The notes: generated by a model from the sequence alone, not told the origin. Shown: positions 10,089-19,801, numbered from the stretch's first letter. The stretch: 64,000 nt of DNA from an uncultured Eubacteriales bacterium (GCA_900314485.1 OMVL01000007.1:3070-67069), one strand, 5' to 3'. Program-made: numbers and translations.

Positions 10089-11525
10089 TCAGCGGGCAAG
10101 GGTCAGAGTAAAGACGAACTCTGTCACATTGTCCCGGCTGGTCACCGTGATGGTCTCTTTCAAATCGTTCAAAATGGTCTTGACCAGATACAGCCCCAGT
10201 CCGACCCCCTCCTTATCCAGACTTCTGGACCGGTCCGACTTGTGAAGCCGGTCAAAGATGAGGGGCAGCTCCTCCGGAGGGATGGTCTCTCCCGTGTCCC
10301 GGATGGAGACATGGGCCTTGCCGCCTCTGGCAGCTACGGCTACGCCGATGACAGTGCCGGGGTGGGAGAATTTGATGGCGTTATCCAGCAGGTTGTAGCA
10401 GACCTGGGTGATGGCGTCCGGGTCTCCCCAGACGTAGACGGGGTTGTCCGGCAGCCGGGCGTCCACGTCCAGCCCTTTGCCGTTGATCTTCCCCTCCAGA
10501 CTGATCAGCGTCTGGGCCAGCACCTCGGTCAGGTCGAATTCCGTCTGGCTGAGGACCATATCGTGGTTTTGGAACCTGGACATATCCAGCATCCGGCGCA
10601 CCAGCCGGCTCAGCCGCCTCGTCTCGTCGGAGATGGTCTTGAGATACTCCCGCTCCTTTTCCGGGGGGATGGTGCCGTCCAAAATGCCGTCGGCAAAGCC
10701 GGCGATGGTGGTCATGGGGGTTTTCAGCTCGTGGGAGATGTTGGCCACAAACTCGCTCCGCTTCTGTTCGGAGAGGGCGATGGAGTCCGCCATGGCATTG
10801 AAAGCCCGGGCCAGCTCCCCCACCTCGTCCTTCCGCTGACAGGTGTGCTGCTGGACCCGCAGGTCGTATTCGCCCATGCCGAACCGGCGGACCACCCCTG
10901 TCATCTCCTGCAGCGGCTTCACCTGCTGGCGGGAGGAGAGGGAGCTGGAGAGAAAGGCGATGCACAGCACCACGGCGGCGGAGAGCAGAAAGAGGTTTGC
11001 CAATAACCCCCACATCTGGGTCAGTGCGTCGTTGGAAACGGAGACCAGCACATAGCCCAGAAGAGCGTTTTGCTCCTCCCAATCCATCCGCACCGGGGCG
11101 CCGGAGACAAAACGTGGCTCGGAGAAGAGGGAGAGTGTGCTGTATTCCACATATTCCGTATCCTTGTCCAGATGGCGGAGGAAGTCCTCCGGGACAGCCG
11201 CTCCCAGCCACTGGGCGGAAAGGCCCGCCTTGTCGCTGGCGGCGAGAACGGTGCCGTCCTCATCGCAGACCAGCACATCCGCGTCAATGAGCCGGACGGC
11301 GGTGGAGAGATAGTCGTTAAAATCCTCCCCGTCCACATCCAGGCCCATGACCATCAGCCGTCCGGCCAGAACGGCCATATAGTCCGCCTTCTCGTCCAGA
11401 GCCGCCTTCCGGTCCCGGAGGGTAAACTGATAGCTCAGCGTCATAAACGAGGCGCCCAAAAGGGCGAAGGAGAGCAAAATCATGCCCGCTGTCAGGGCAA
11501 AGTGGCGCTTAAACAGGGTATTCAT
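10089..11525 (-). CDS. Sensor histidine kinase with HAMP domain
   Basis: H-box ISHELKTPMT, N-box NLLDNAIKF, G-box GLGLYLVK. Confidence 0.95.
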   Translation of the reverse strand: MNTLFKRHFALTAGMILLSFALLGASFMTLSYQFTLRDRKAALDEKADYMAVLAGRLMVMGLDVDGEDFNDYLSTAVRLIDADVLVCDEDGTVLAASDKAGLSAQWLGAAVPEDFLRHLDKDTEYVEYSTLSLFSEPRFVSGAPVRMDWEEQNALLGYVLVSVSNDALTQMWGLLANLFLLSAAVVLCIAFLSSSLSSRQQVKPLQEMTGVVRRFGMGEYDLRVQQHTCQRKDEVGELARAFNAMADSIALSEQKRSEFVANISHELKTPMTTIAGFADGILDGTIPPEKEREYLKTISDETRRLSRLVRRMLDMSRFQNHDMVLSQTEFDLTEVLAQTLISLEGKINGKGLDVDARLPDNPVYVWGDPDAITQVCYNLLDNAIKFSHPGTVIGVAVAARGGKAHVSIRDTGETIPPEELPLIFDRLHKSDRSRSLDKEGVGLGLYLVKTILNDLKETITVTSRDNVTEFVFTLTLAR

Positions 11526-11529
11526 AGGA

Positions 11530-12213
11530 TCAGGCCGTCAACTCGAACTTATAGCCCACGCCCCAGACGGTCTTGAGGCTCCACTGGTCGGAAACGCCCT
11601 CCAGCTTCTCCCGCAGACGCTTGATGTGGACGTCCACCGTCCGGCTGTCCCCAAAGTAGTCAAAGCCCCACACCTCGTCCAAAAGCTGATTTCTGGTAAA
11701 TACCCGGTTGGGAGAGGAGGCCAGATGGAACAAAAGCTCCATCTCTTTCGGGGGTGTGTCCACCCGCTTGCCGTCCACCAGCAGCTCATAGGAGTCCATG
11801 TTGATGACCAGCCTGTCAAACGAGAGCTTTTTCGCACTGGTCTCCTCCGCACCGCCGTACCGGCGGAGCACCGCACGGATGCGGGCCAGGACCTCCTTCA
11901 TCTCAAAGGGCTTTACGATGTAATCATCCGCCCCCATTTCCAGGCCGCCTACCCGGTCCTCCGTCTCACCCTTGGCGGTGAGCATAATGATGGGCGTGTC
12001 CGAGGTCTCCCGGATCTTTCGGCAGACGCCCCAGCCGTCCAGCACCGGGAGCATAATGTCCAACAGCACCAGATCCGGCTGGAAGGAGCGAAACAGCTCC
12101 ACTCCCCTGCCCCCGTCCGGGGCGGTCTGGGTCTCAAAGCCTTCCTTCTCCAGATACAGCTGTAAGAGCTGGGCGATATTGCCGTCGTCTTCGACGATAA
12201 GTACCTTGGTCAT
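11530..12213 (-). CDS. OmpR-family response regulator
   Basis: VLIVEDD, LLDIMLP, GADDYIVKPF, RTVDVHIKRLREKL. Confidence 0.96.
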   Translation of the reverse strand: MTKVLIVEDDGNIAQLLQLYLEKEGFETQTAPDGGRGVELFRSFQPDLVLLDIMLPVLDGWGVCRKIRETSDTPIIMLTAKGETEDRVGGLEMGADDYIVKPFEMKEVLARIRAVLRRYGGAEETSAKKLSFDRLVINMDSYELLVDGKRVDTPPKEMELLFHLASSPNRVFTRNQLLDEVWGFDYFGDSRTVDVHIKRLREKLEGVSDQWSLKTVWGVGYKFELTA

Positions 12214-12246
12214 GGGAAAACCCCCTTGGTTCATTTTAGAATGAGA

Positions 12247-12323
12247 CCCTCTCCGTCTGCCCTGGGGGGCGGACACCTCCTCCCCCGCCGGGGGAAACGG
12301 TCAGCGAAGCTGACTGAGAGGGC
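12247..12323. repeat. CCCTC-type palindromic dispersed repeat, inverted overlapping doublet
   Basis: CCCTCTCCGTC...GGACACCTCC, then a shared TCCCCCGCCGGGGGA hairpin, then an inverted GGTCAGCGAAGCTGACTGAGAGGG copy. Resembles 22416-22540 and 41164-41225. Confidence 0.65.
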
Positions 12324-12358
12324 AAAATCGGAGACATTCCGATCATTTTCTTCCTGAA

Positions 12359-12982
12359 TTATACGCCACCCTCCGGAAAAGGGGTGAATTTTCTGTAAAT
12401 GAGTCCCGCCAGCTTGCCTGCCGCGCCGGCCAGAGGGGGATATTGCCGCAGGGCATAGGGGAGATGCCAATAGCTGCGGATGACCGCCTCCTCCGCCCGG
12501 CCCTCGGCCAGGGCGCAGATCAGCCCTGCCGGCAGCGGGGGAGCCGGCTCGGTCCGGGGCCGCTGGGCCAGCACCCGGCAGCGCCGGATGGTATAGGAGA
12601 GCAAAAAGTCCCCGTCCTCCTCGCTGCGGGAGGCCATATCCTCTGTCTCAGGGGGCAGCTCCGGCCAGTCCTGCCTGTCCCAGCGGTCCAGCACGGCCTG
12701 CGCCCACTCTTTAGAGAGGGAGAGCGCCATCATGCCGTTTTCGGCCCGGACGGCGGAAAAGGCCGTCCCCTCCAGATAGCAGGCTCTTGCCAGCTCCTCT
12801 GCCACCGTCTGGGCATTGCCGCCCGTCCGGGCGGCCAGCAGCCGGGGCAGCGCGGAGAGAAAAATGCCCTCCTCCCTTTGCAGACGCAGGGGGACCGGGC
12901 TTGGGGCCAGATACCCCGCCCGTTCAGCGGCCCGGGCCAAAACCTCCCGGGCGGACTGCCAGCTTTCTTCCATCACCGTCAT
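12359..12982 (-). CDS. Mini ArgRS-like protein (N-terminal Add-1 domain plus DALR-like helix, no catalytic core)
   Basis: EGIFLSALPRLLAARTGGNAQTVAEEL...AVRAENGMMALSL resembles the ArgRS N-domain; DFLLSYTIRRCRVL resembles the DALR YxQYxxARxxSI motif; follows DUF1934. Confidence 0.6.
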   Translation of the reverse strand: MTVMEESWQSAREVLARAAERAGYLAPSPVPLRLQREEGIFLSALPRLLAARTGGNAQTVAEELARACYLEGTAFSAVRAENGMMALSLSKEWAQAVLDRWDRQDWPELPPETEDMASRSEEDGDFLLSYTIRRCRVLAQRPRTEPAPPLPAGLICALAEGRAEEAVIRSYWHLPYALRQYPPLAGAAGKLAGLIYRKFTPFPEGGV

Positions 12983-13413
12983 TGCCCTTCACCCCTCTCC
13001 CGTACCGAAATGCGGAAGGCGTTATAGCCCGCCAGTGCGTGGTCGATCTCCATGGAGTACTCGATTTCCAGCCGGCCCCCTTGGGGGGAGATGGTGTTTT
13101 CCAGACGGCTGGTGACAATGCCGATCTCCAGATTGCCGTAGGGGGTGGAGTAGACGGAGTGATGCCGCCGGCCCTCTTCAAATACCATCTGGGAGCAGAC
13201 CTCTCCCGTCCGCATCAGCGTCACCCGTACCCCTTCGATGAGGATCACCGTGGTGGTGCCGGCCATGCCGGTGACCTCCGTCTCCTCATACCGGAGCTCG
13301 CAGCCCCGGTCGGTGACGGTCATGGTGCCGGTGCTCATGAGCCGGATCTCGTCCGGGCCGCCCTCCAAATGGTCCTGACTGCTCAATATGGAAATGATCA
13401 CGTCTTTGGTCAT
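12979..13413 (-). CDS. DUF1934 (YwiB-like) beta-barrel protein
   Basis: LRYEET...GTTTVI, FEEGRRHHSVYSTPYGNL, LEIEYSMEI. Confidence 0.9.
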   Translation of the reverse strand: MTKDVIISILSSQDHLEGGPDEIRLMSTGTMTVTDRGCELRYEETEVTGMAGTTTVILIEGVRVTLMRTGEVCSQMVFEEGRRHHSVYSTPYGNLEIGIVTSRLENTISPQGGRLEIEYSMEIDHALAGYNAFRISVRERGEGQ

Positions 13414-13424
13414 GGGAAAAACTC

Positions 13425-14240
13425 CTAGTATTGTTCAATATCCACCAGCTCTACCGGCTCAGTGACCGGCCGGCCCAGAAAGCGGGAGGCCAGTTCCCGG
13501 AAGCCCTGCTGGCTGTCGCTGACGCACCAGCGGTGAAGGCCGGAATGGCCGTTTTCGGCTACGGCATCGTGGTCAGAGAGCCAGCGGCCCACAGCGTGGG
13601 CCACCTCTGCCCCGGAGTCCACCAGCGCCACAGACTGCCCCATAAAAGCCCCGATGACCTCCCGCAAAAGGGGATAGTGGGTGCAGCCCAGAACCAGGAC
13701 GTCCACTCCCGCCGCTTTCAGGGGGGCGAGGTAGTCCTTCACCACCGTCTCAATGACCACATCACCGGGCTGAGTCCGGCCGTTTTCCACCAGTGGGACA
13801 AAGAGGGGGCAGGCGATGGGGAAAATTTCCGCACCGGGATTCAGGGCGTGAATGGCACGCTCATAGGCTCCGGTGGAGATGGAGGCTCTTGTGGCGATCA
13901 GGCCGATTTTCCCGTTCCGGGTCAGCTCCGCCGCCCGCCGGGCAGAGGGCTCTACCACGCCGAAGACGGGGATGTCCTGCTCTGACCGCAGCACGTCGAT
14001 GGCGGTGGTGCTGACGGTGCCGCAGGCAATGACCACCGCTTTTAAGTCGAAAGAGCGGAGAAAGGCCACATCCTGCCGGGCGTAGCGGGTGATGATCTCA
14101 CGGCTGCGGCTGCCGTAGGGCACCCGGCCGGTATCTCCGAAGTAAATAATGGACTCCTGGGGCATCTGCTTTTCCAGCTCCCGCACGGCGGTCAGCCCGC
14201 CAAGCCCCGAGTCAAAAACGCCAATAGGGCGATGATCCAT
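13425..14240 (-). CDS. murI: Glutamate racemase
   Basis: IGVFDSGLGG, PYG, IACGT, LGCTHYP. Confidence 0.96.
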   Translation of the reverse strand: MDHRPIGVFDSGLGGLTAVRELEKQMPQESIIYFGDTGRVPYGSRSREIITRYARQDVAFLRSFDLKAVVIACGTVSTTAIDVLRSEQDIPVFGVVEPSARRAAELTRNGKIGLIATRASISTGAYERAIHALNPGAEIFPIACPLFVPLVENGRTQPGDVVIETVVKDYLAPLKAAGVDVLVLGCTHYPLLREVIGAFMGQSVALVDSGAEVAHAVGRWLSDHDAVAENGHSGLHRWCVSDSQQGFRELASRFLGRPVTEPVELVDIEQY

Positions 14241-14408
14241 AATAAAAAACTCCTCTTGAACGAAAGATAGTTTCCTACTCCTATACTATACGTCATCCCA
14301 GCGGCGAAAACAAGGAAAACATTTCAAAGGCCGTGACAATTGACAACGGCGGGAAATATAATATACTATATCAATAGAGTCCAGACCTTATGAGAGGAGG
14401 TCGCTATC

Positions 14409-14825
14409 ATGGAATTAAAGCTGACCACCAAGCAGTTTCGCCGGCTGCTGGATATGGCTTACATCGGCAATTGGATCTTAAACTCCGCCCGGGGAGACGA
14501 CCGGTTTCAGGACTACGACCAGGTACAGCACCTGCTGTTTCAAAAGGCGGAGGAGGAGGGATTGGACGCCCTGACCCTCCGGCTGGGGCCTGTGTGTATG
14601 CCCAGCCCCGCCTACATCAACGGCGGCATCCACGATGCCATTGCCGACTATGAGGACGCCATCTTCTTCCGCATCCTGGCTGAGGAGCTGGCCCGCCGGG
14701 ACATGGACGACGTGCCCATTGATGAGAGCAATATGGAGGAGCTGCACCAGCGGATGGACGCCTATATGGAGGAATTCGAGCTCCACGGCACCGACCATGT
14801 GATGGTGGAGACGGAGGAGAATTGA
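14409..14825 (+). CDS. Conserved-looking acidic hypothetical protein
   Basis: GAGGAGG RBS, upstream TTGACA and TATAAT-like promoter hexamers, own terminator, genome-like codon usage. Confidence 0.75.
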   Translation: MELKLTTKQFRRLLDMAYIGNWILNSARGDDRFQDYDQVQHLLFQKAEEEGLDALTLRLGPVCMPSPAYINGGIHDAIADYEDAIFFRILAEELARRDMDDVPIDESNMEELHQRMDAYMEEFELHGTDHVMVETEEN

Positions 14826-14830
14826 GACGT

Positions 14831-14864
14831 AAAATGCCCCGCCCGAAATCGGGCGGGGCATTTT
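14831..14864. terminator. Bidirectional intrinsic terminator
   Basis: AAAATGCCCCGCCCG-aaat-CGGGCGGGGCATTTT between convergent genes. Confidence 0.85.
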
Positions 14865-14882
14865 GATGATAAGGCAGTCGGC

Positions 14883-14953
14883 GGGTCGTTCATGAACGAC
14901 CCCTACGAACCGATTTGGGGCAGATGGGCGTAGGGGCAATTCACGAATCGCCC
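14883..14953. repeat. GTAG-family REP doublet (REPIN-like)
   Basis: GGGTCGTTCATGAACGACCCCTAC, 23-bp spacer, GTAGGGGCAATTCACGAATCGCCC. Confidence 0.8.
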
Positions 14954-14982
14954 GTCGTTTCGCATTGTACCACGGAATCAAT

Positions 14983-15969
14983 TCACGCCAGCGCCGCCGT
15001 AATAATCGCCATGGAATAGACTTCCATCCCGTTGCAGCCCCGGGACAGGTCGTTAACGGGGGCGTTGAGGCCCAGCAGAATGGGGCCGTAGGCGTCAAAC
15101 TTGCCCAGACGCTGGGCGATCTTGTAGCCGATGTTGCCGGAATTGATGTCGGGGAAGATAAACACGTTGGCATGACCGGCCACGGCGGAGCTGGGGCACT
15201 TGGTCTGGGCCACACGGGGGGAGACGGCTGCGTCAAACTGCAGCTCGCCGTCGATGGCCAGGTCCGGGCGCATGCCTCCGGCCAGATGGGCGGCCTCCCG
15301 CATCTTGTCCACGTCCTCCCCAAAGCCGGAGCCGTGGGTGGAATAGCTGAGGAAAGCAATTTTCGGATCAATGCCGAAGATCTTGCCGCACTCGGCGCAG
15401 TGGATGCCGGTCTCTGCGATCTCCTGCACCGAGGGCTTGATGTTGATGGCGCAGTCGCCGAAGGCCAGTACCTCGTTTTCACCCGAGGCAGAGGGGCGGA
15501 CCAGAATGAAGCAGGAGGAGACACTGGTATAGCCCGGCTTGGTCTTGATGATCTGGAGGGCGGGCCGGACGGTGTCGGCGGTGGAGTATGTAGCGCCGCC
15601 CAGCAGCGCATCGGCAACGCCCATCTTCACCAGCATGGTGCCGAAGTAGTTGGGCTGCTTCAGGAGGGGGAGGGCCTTTTCCTTGGTCATGCCCTTGCTT
15701 TTCCGCAGCTCGCAGAAGAACTCCACCATCTCGTCAAAGCGCTCATAGTTGTCCGGGTCGATGATTTGGGCGCCCCGGACGTTGTAGCCCGCCTCCTCTG
15801 CGGCGGCCCAGACCACATCGGGCTTGCCGATGAGGACGGGGGTCAAAAAGGTGCTGGCCAGCAGCCGGGAGGCCGCCTCCAGAATACGGGGGTCTGCGCC
15901 CTCGGTAAAAACGATGGTCTTGGGGTTTTTCTTCAGCTGCTCGATCATGGAGCCAAAACCGAATGCCAT
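14983..15969 (-). CDS. pta: Phosphate acetyltransferase
   Basis: VFTEGADPRIL, TADTVRPALQII, IDGELQFDAA, FPDINSGNIGYKIAQR, NDLSRGC. Confidence 0.95.
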   Translation of the reverse strand: MAFGFGSMIEQLKKNPKTIVFTEGADPRILEAASRLLASTFLTPVLIGKPDVVWAAAEEAGYNVRGAQIIDPDNYERFDEMVEFFCELRKSKGMTKEKALPLLKQPNYFGTMLVKMGVADALLGGATYSTADTVRPALQIIKTKPGYTSVSSCFILVRPSASGENEVLAFGDCAINIKPSVQEIAETGIHCAECGKIFGIDPKIAFLSYSTHGSGFGEDVDKMREAAHLAGGMRPDLAIDGELQFDAAVSPRVAQTKCPSSAVAGHANVFIFPDINSGNIGYKIAQRLGKFDAYGPILLGLNAPVNDLSRGCNGMEVYSMAIITAALA

Positions 15970-16092
15970 AGTATGTCCTCCTCCATATTCCACGGCCGTC
16001 TCTCTGGGACAGCCGCATTTTTCTGTTTAACAATTTAGCACTTTTCCTCTACCATTGCAAGGGTTCTGTTGGGCATTTTGTGAAATTTGCTT

Positions 16093-16110
16093 TTGTTAAC
16101 TTTTTGACAA
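16093..16110. promoter_or_regulatory. Candidate Rex operator upstream of pta
   Basis: TTGTTAA-CTTT-TTGACAA, one mismatch to the clostridial Rex consensus TTGTTAANNNNTTAACAA. Confidence 0.5.
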
Positions 16111-16196
16111 AGTTTTGACCCTTCCGCCGCTTTACTTTTTTGGGACAAACAGGTATCATAATATGGAAAATCAATTTCCTGTGAGGAGATTCTCAT

Positions 16197-16295
16197 ATGA
16201 ACCAAGATCACATTCGCAACTTTTCCATCATCGCCCACATTGACCACGGCAAGTCGCATTCCCAAACGGCGGACCGTTTGGGAGCCCTTTCTTGA
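16197..16295 (+). pseudogene. Duplicated lepA 5' end forming a 32-aa ORF ([32 protein letters not shown])
   Basis: 16210-16255 matches 16427-16472 at 44 of 46 nt; has its own GAGGAG RBS. Confidence 0.85.
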
Positions 16296-16413
16296 TTTGA
16301 CATCCTCGGCGGAAATGAATTCCGCCTGCGGCAAGGTTTTGCTTCGCAAAACGCTTGTGACGCCGCACCTGCGGCGAAGCGTAGACTTGCCATAAAAAGA
16401 CTGGAGAATGATT

Positions 16414-18219
16414 ATGGATCAATCGAACATTCGCAACTTTTCTATCATCGCCCATATTGACCACGGCAAGTCTACGCTGTCCGACCGACTGATCGAGCTC
16501 TGCGGCGCTGTGGCGGAGCGGGACATGGAGAGCCAGCTTCTGGACAACATGGACTTAGAGCGGGAGCGGGGCATCACCATCAAGGCGAGAGCCGTCACGC
16601 TGCACTACAAGGCGGACGACGGGGAGGAGTATCAGCTTAACCTGATCGACACCCCGGGTCACGTGGACTTTAACTACGAGGTCAGCCGGTCTCTCGCCGC
16701 CTGCGAGGGGGCGGTTCTGGTGGTGGACGCCAGTCAGGGCGTGGAGGCCCAGACGCTGGCCAATACCTACCTGGCCCTGGACCACGATTTGGAAATTCGC
16801 CCGGTGGTGAACAAGATCGACCTCCCTGCCGCCGACCCGAAGCGGGTGAAGGAGGAGATTGAGAACATCATCGGCCTTCCCGCCGAGGACGCCCCGGAAA
16901 TTTCCGCCAAGGCGGGCATCAATATCCCCGCTGTGCTGGAGGATGTGGTGACGAACGTCCCCGCCCCCTCCGGAGATCCGGACGCTCCTCTGAAAGCGCT
17001 GATCTTCGACAGCCAGTACGACGCCTATCGGGGGGTCATCGTGCTGGTCCGGGTCATTGACGGAAAAATTGAGGTGGGCACCGAGGTCAAAATGATGGCC
17101 TCCGGCGCTTCCTACAAGGTGGTGGAGTGCGGTCATATGCTGCCCATCGGGCTGGACCCCTGCGGGACGCTCTCCGCCGGCGAGGTGGGCTACTTTACCG
17201 CCAGCATCAAAAACGTCCGGGATACCAACGTGGGCGACACGGTGACAGAGGCACAGAATCCCACCGCAGAACCGCTCCCCGGCTACCGTCCCGCCCAGCC
17301 CATGGTCTACTGCGGCATTTACACCGAGGACGGCTCCAAATACCCCGACCTGCGGGACGCCTTGGAGAAGCTGCAGCTCAACGACGCATCCCTTGTCTTT
17401 GAGCCGGAGTCCTCGGCGGCATTGGGCTTCGGCTTCCGCTGCGGATTTTTGGGCCTGCTGCACATGGAGATCATTCAGGAGCGGTTGGAGCGGGAGTTTG
17501 ATCTCGATCTGGTCACGACGCTCCCCAACGTCATCTATGAGATTGAGAAGACGGACGGCACTGTCCTGCGGGTGGACAACCCCCACGACTACCCGGACCC
17601 CGGCTCCATCCGGGAGGCCAGGGAGCCCTATGTCAACGTCTCCATCATCACCCCCAACACCTATGTGGGCGACATTATGCCCATCTGTCAGGAGCGCCGG
17701 GGCGAGTATCAGGACATGCAGTATCTGGACGCCAGTCTGGTGGAGCTTCACTATCAGCTGCCCCTGAACGAGACCATCTTTGACTTTTTCGACACCCTGA
17801 AAGCCAACACCAAGGGCTACGCCTCGTTGGACTATGAGCTCTCGGACTACCGCCCCAGCAATCTGGTGAAGGTAGACCTGCTGCTAAACGGCGACAAGGT
17901 GGACGCCCTCAGCTTTATCGTCCACAAGGACAAGGCCTACGCCCGGGCACGCCGCATCTGCGAGAAGCTGAAGGAGAACATTCCCCGTCAGCAGTTCGAG
18001 GTGCCCATTCAGGCGGCCATCGGCGGCAAGATCATCGCAAGAGAGACGGTGAAGGCGCTGCGGAAGGACGTCCTTGCCAAGTGCTACGGCGGCGACATCA
18101 CCCGGAAGAAGAAGCTGCTGGAAAAGCAGAAGCGGGGCAAGAAGAAGATGCGCTCGCTGGGTACGGTGCAGCTGCCGACGGAGGCGTTTATGGCTGTGCT
18201 GAAACTGGACAGTCAATAA
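16414..18219 (+). CDS. lepA: Elongation factor 4
   Basis: [52 protein letters not shown]. Confidence 0.98.
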   Translation: MDQSNIRNFSIIAHIDHGKSTLSDRLIELCGAVAERDMESQLLDNMDLERERGITIKARAVTLHYKADDGEEYQLNLIDTPGHVDFNYEVSRSLAACEGAVLVVDASQGVEAQTLANTYLALDHDLEIRPVVNKIDLPAADPKRVKEEIENIIGLPAEDAPEISAKAGINIPAVLEDVVTNVPAPSGDPDAPLKALIFDSQYDAYRGVIVLVRVIDGKIEVGTEVKMMASGASYKVVECGHMLPIGLDPCGTLSAGEVGYFTASIKNVRDTNVGDTVTEAQNPTAEPLPGYRPAQPMVYCGIYTEDGSKYPDLRDALEKLQLNDASLVFEPESSAALGFGFRCGFLGLLHMEIIQERLEREFDLDLVTTLPNVIYEIEKTDGTVLRVDNPHDYPDPGSIREAREPYVNVSIITPNTYVGDIMPICQERRGEYQDMQYLDASLVELHYQLPLNETIFDFFDTLKANTKGYASLDYELSDYRPSNLVKVDLLLNGDKVDALSFIVHKDKAYARARRICEKLKENIPRQQFEVPIQAAIGGKIIARETVKALRKDVLAKCYGGDITRKKKLLEKQKRGKKKMRSLGTVQLPTEAFMAVLKLDSQ

Positions 18220-18228
18220 GGAGGGCCT

Positions 18229-19506
18229 ATGCCGGAAGATGATCGCCGTCCGAGACGGCGCAGACGCAAAAAATGGAGCGCCAAACGCTGGCGCTTTGAG
18301 CTGACCCGGGCGGGTATCCTGCTGGGGATGATCCTGCTCATCGTCCTGCTGGTGAAGGGCTGTCAGGCGGTGTTGAACCGGCCGGTGAAGGAAGATCCAC
18401 CTGCCGATACCGTGGAGACGCTGCCCCGGGAACAGACGCAGGAGCAGGTGACTGACGCCCCTCCGGAGCCGGAGGAAAAGACCATCTCCCTCATTATGGT
18501 GGGAGACATCCTGCTCCACACCCCCTTGCAGGACAGCGGCCTGCAGCCGGACGGCAGCTACAATTACGATCACTTTTTCACCCACACGAAAGACCTGATC
18601 TCTCAGGCTGACCTTGCGCTGGTCAATCAGGAGGTCATTCTGGGCGGCACCGAGCTGGGGCTCTCCGGCTATCCCGCCTTTAACGGGGCCTACGAGGTGG
18701 GAGATGCGTTGGTAAAGGCCGGCTTCGACGTGATTTTACACGCCACCAACCACGCCGTGGACAAGGGAGAGCGGGGCATTTTGAACTGCCTGCACTTCTG
18801 GCAGACCAGTTACCCGGACATTGCCGTCCTGGGCATCCACGACAGTCAGGAGAGCCAGGACGAGATTTATATTTATGAGCAGGAGGGTGTAAAAATTGCC
18901 ATCCTGAACTACACCTACGGCACCAACGGCATTGCCGTCCCCCAAAGCTATGAGGTGGATCTGCTGGAGGAGGACCGGGTCATCTCTGATCTGGACTGGG
19001 CGGAGGAGCTGGCGGACTTTACCATTGTCGTCCCCCACTGGGGCACAGAGTACACCCATGAGGTCTCCGCCTCACAGGAGCGGTGGACCCAGATATTTCT
19101 GGCCCACGGGGCGGATCTGGTCATCGGCGCACACCCCCACGTCATCCAGCCTGTGGAGTGGGTGGAGGACGATGCGGGGCATAAAATGCTGGTCTATTAC
19201 TCCCTCGGCAACTTCATCAACTTTACCAGCGGCTCCGGCGACGGCGTCCGCCAGCGGGCGGTGGGAGCCATGGCGACAGTTACCCTTTCCGTGGAGAACG
19301 GGGAGGTCACTATATCCGATTACGGCGTCATTCCCCTGGTTGCCCACATGGTGGAGGGGACGGGGAATCCCACCGTCTACCCCCTCAGCGAATATACGGA
19401 GGAACTGCTGGCCGAGAACGCCATGACCCAAAAGGACCCGGGCTTTACCCTGGAATACTGCAAACAGCTCTGCCGGGACGTGTTTGGGGAGCTGTATCAG
19501 GAATAA
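18229..19506 (+). CDS. CapA/PGA_cap family metallophosphatase-fold membrane protein
   Basis: MVGDILLH, LVNQE, ATNHAVD, PHWGTEY, IGAHPHVIQP, YSLGNF. Confidence 0.9.
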   Translation: MPEDDRRPRRRRRKKWSAKRWRFELTRAGILLGMILLIVLLVKGCQAVLNRPVKEDPPADTVETLPREQTQEQVTDAPPEPEEKTISLIMVGDILLHTPLQDSGLQPDGSYNYDHFFTHTKDLISQADLALVNQEVILGGTELGLSGYPAFNGAYEVGDALVKAGFDVILHATNHAVDKGERGILNCLHFWQTSYPDIAVLGIHDSQESQDEIYIYEQEGVKIAILNYTYGTNGIAVPQSYEVDLLEEDRVISDLDWAEELADFTIVVPHWGTEYTHEVSASQERWTQIFLAHGADLVIGAHPHVIQPVEWVEDDAGHKMLVYYSLGNFINFTSGSGDGVRQRAVGAMATVTLSVENGEVTISDYGVIPLVAHMVEGTGNPTVYPLSEYTEELLAENAMTQKDPGFTLEYCKQLCRDVFGELYQE

Positions 19507-19680
19507 AAGACAGTCTTTCCTCTCTGTGAAAGGTCAAAAATCCCGCCTGAATGTACAGGCGGGATTTTTCATGTCCTACAATGCAAGGTCCGAACGAGAG
19601 GCCTGACCCACTGCAAGGGGTGGCCCGCTTGACTACCTAAACGCAAAATAAAAAGGCTCTCTATTGAGAGCCTTTTCAAG

Positions 19681-19754
19681 TGGACGATACTGGACTCGAA
19701 CCAGTGGCCTTCCGCACGTCAAGCGGATGCTCTAGCCAACTGAGCTAATCGTCC
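19681..19754 (-). tRNA. tRNA-Val(GAC), CCA not encoded
   Basis: Acceptor stem GGACGAT/ATCGTCC, anticodon arm TCCGC-TTGACGT-GCGGA, TTCGAGT T-loop; TTGACA-17-TATACT promoter upstream. Confidence 0.96.
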
Positions 19755-19801
19755 GAATCGGACTTTGTTAGTATACCCACTTCGTCCGTTTTTGTCAACC
19801 C

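Noticed and set aside
12206-13420. Identical 15-mer TTGGTCATGGGAAAA at the starts of the response regulator and DUF1934 genes
   Set aside because: Explained by a shared M-T-K start and RBS spacer; compatible with chance.
19681-19800. tRNA-Val/dusB as an integration site
   Set aside because: No duplicated tRNA 3' end, integrase or foreign cargo nearby.
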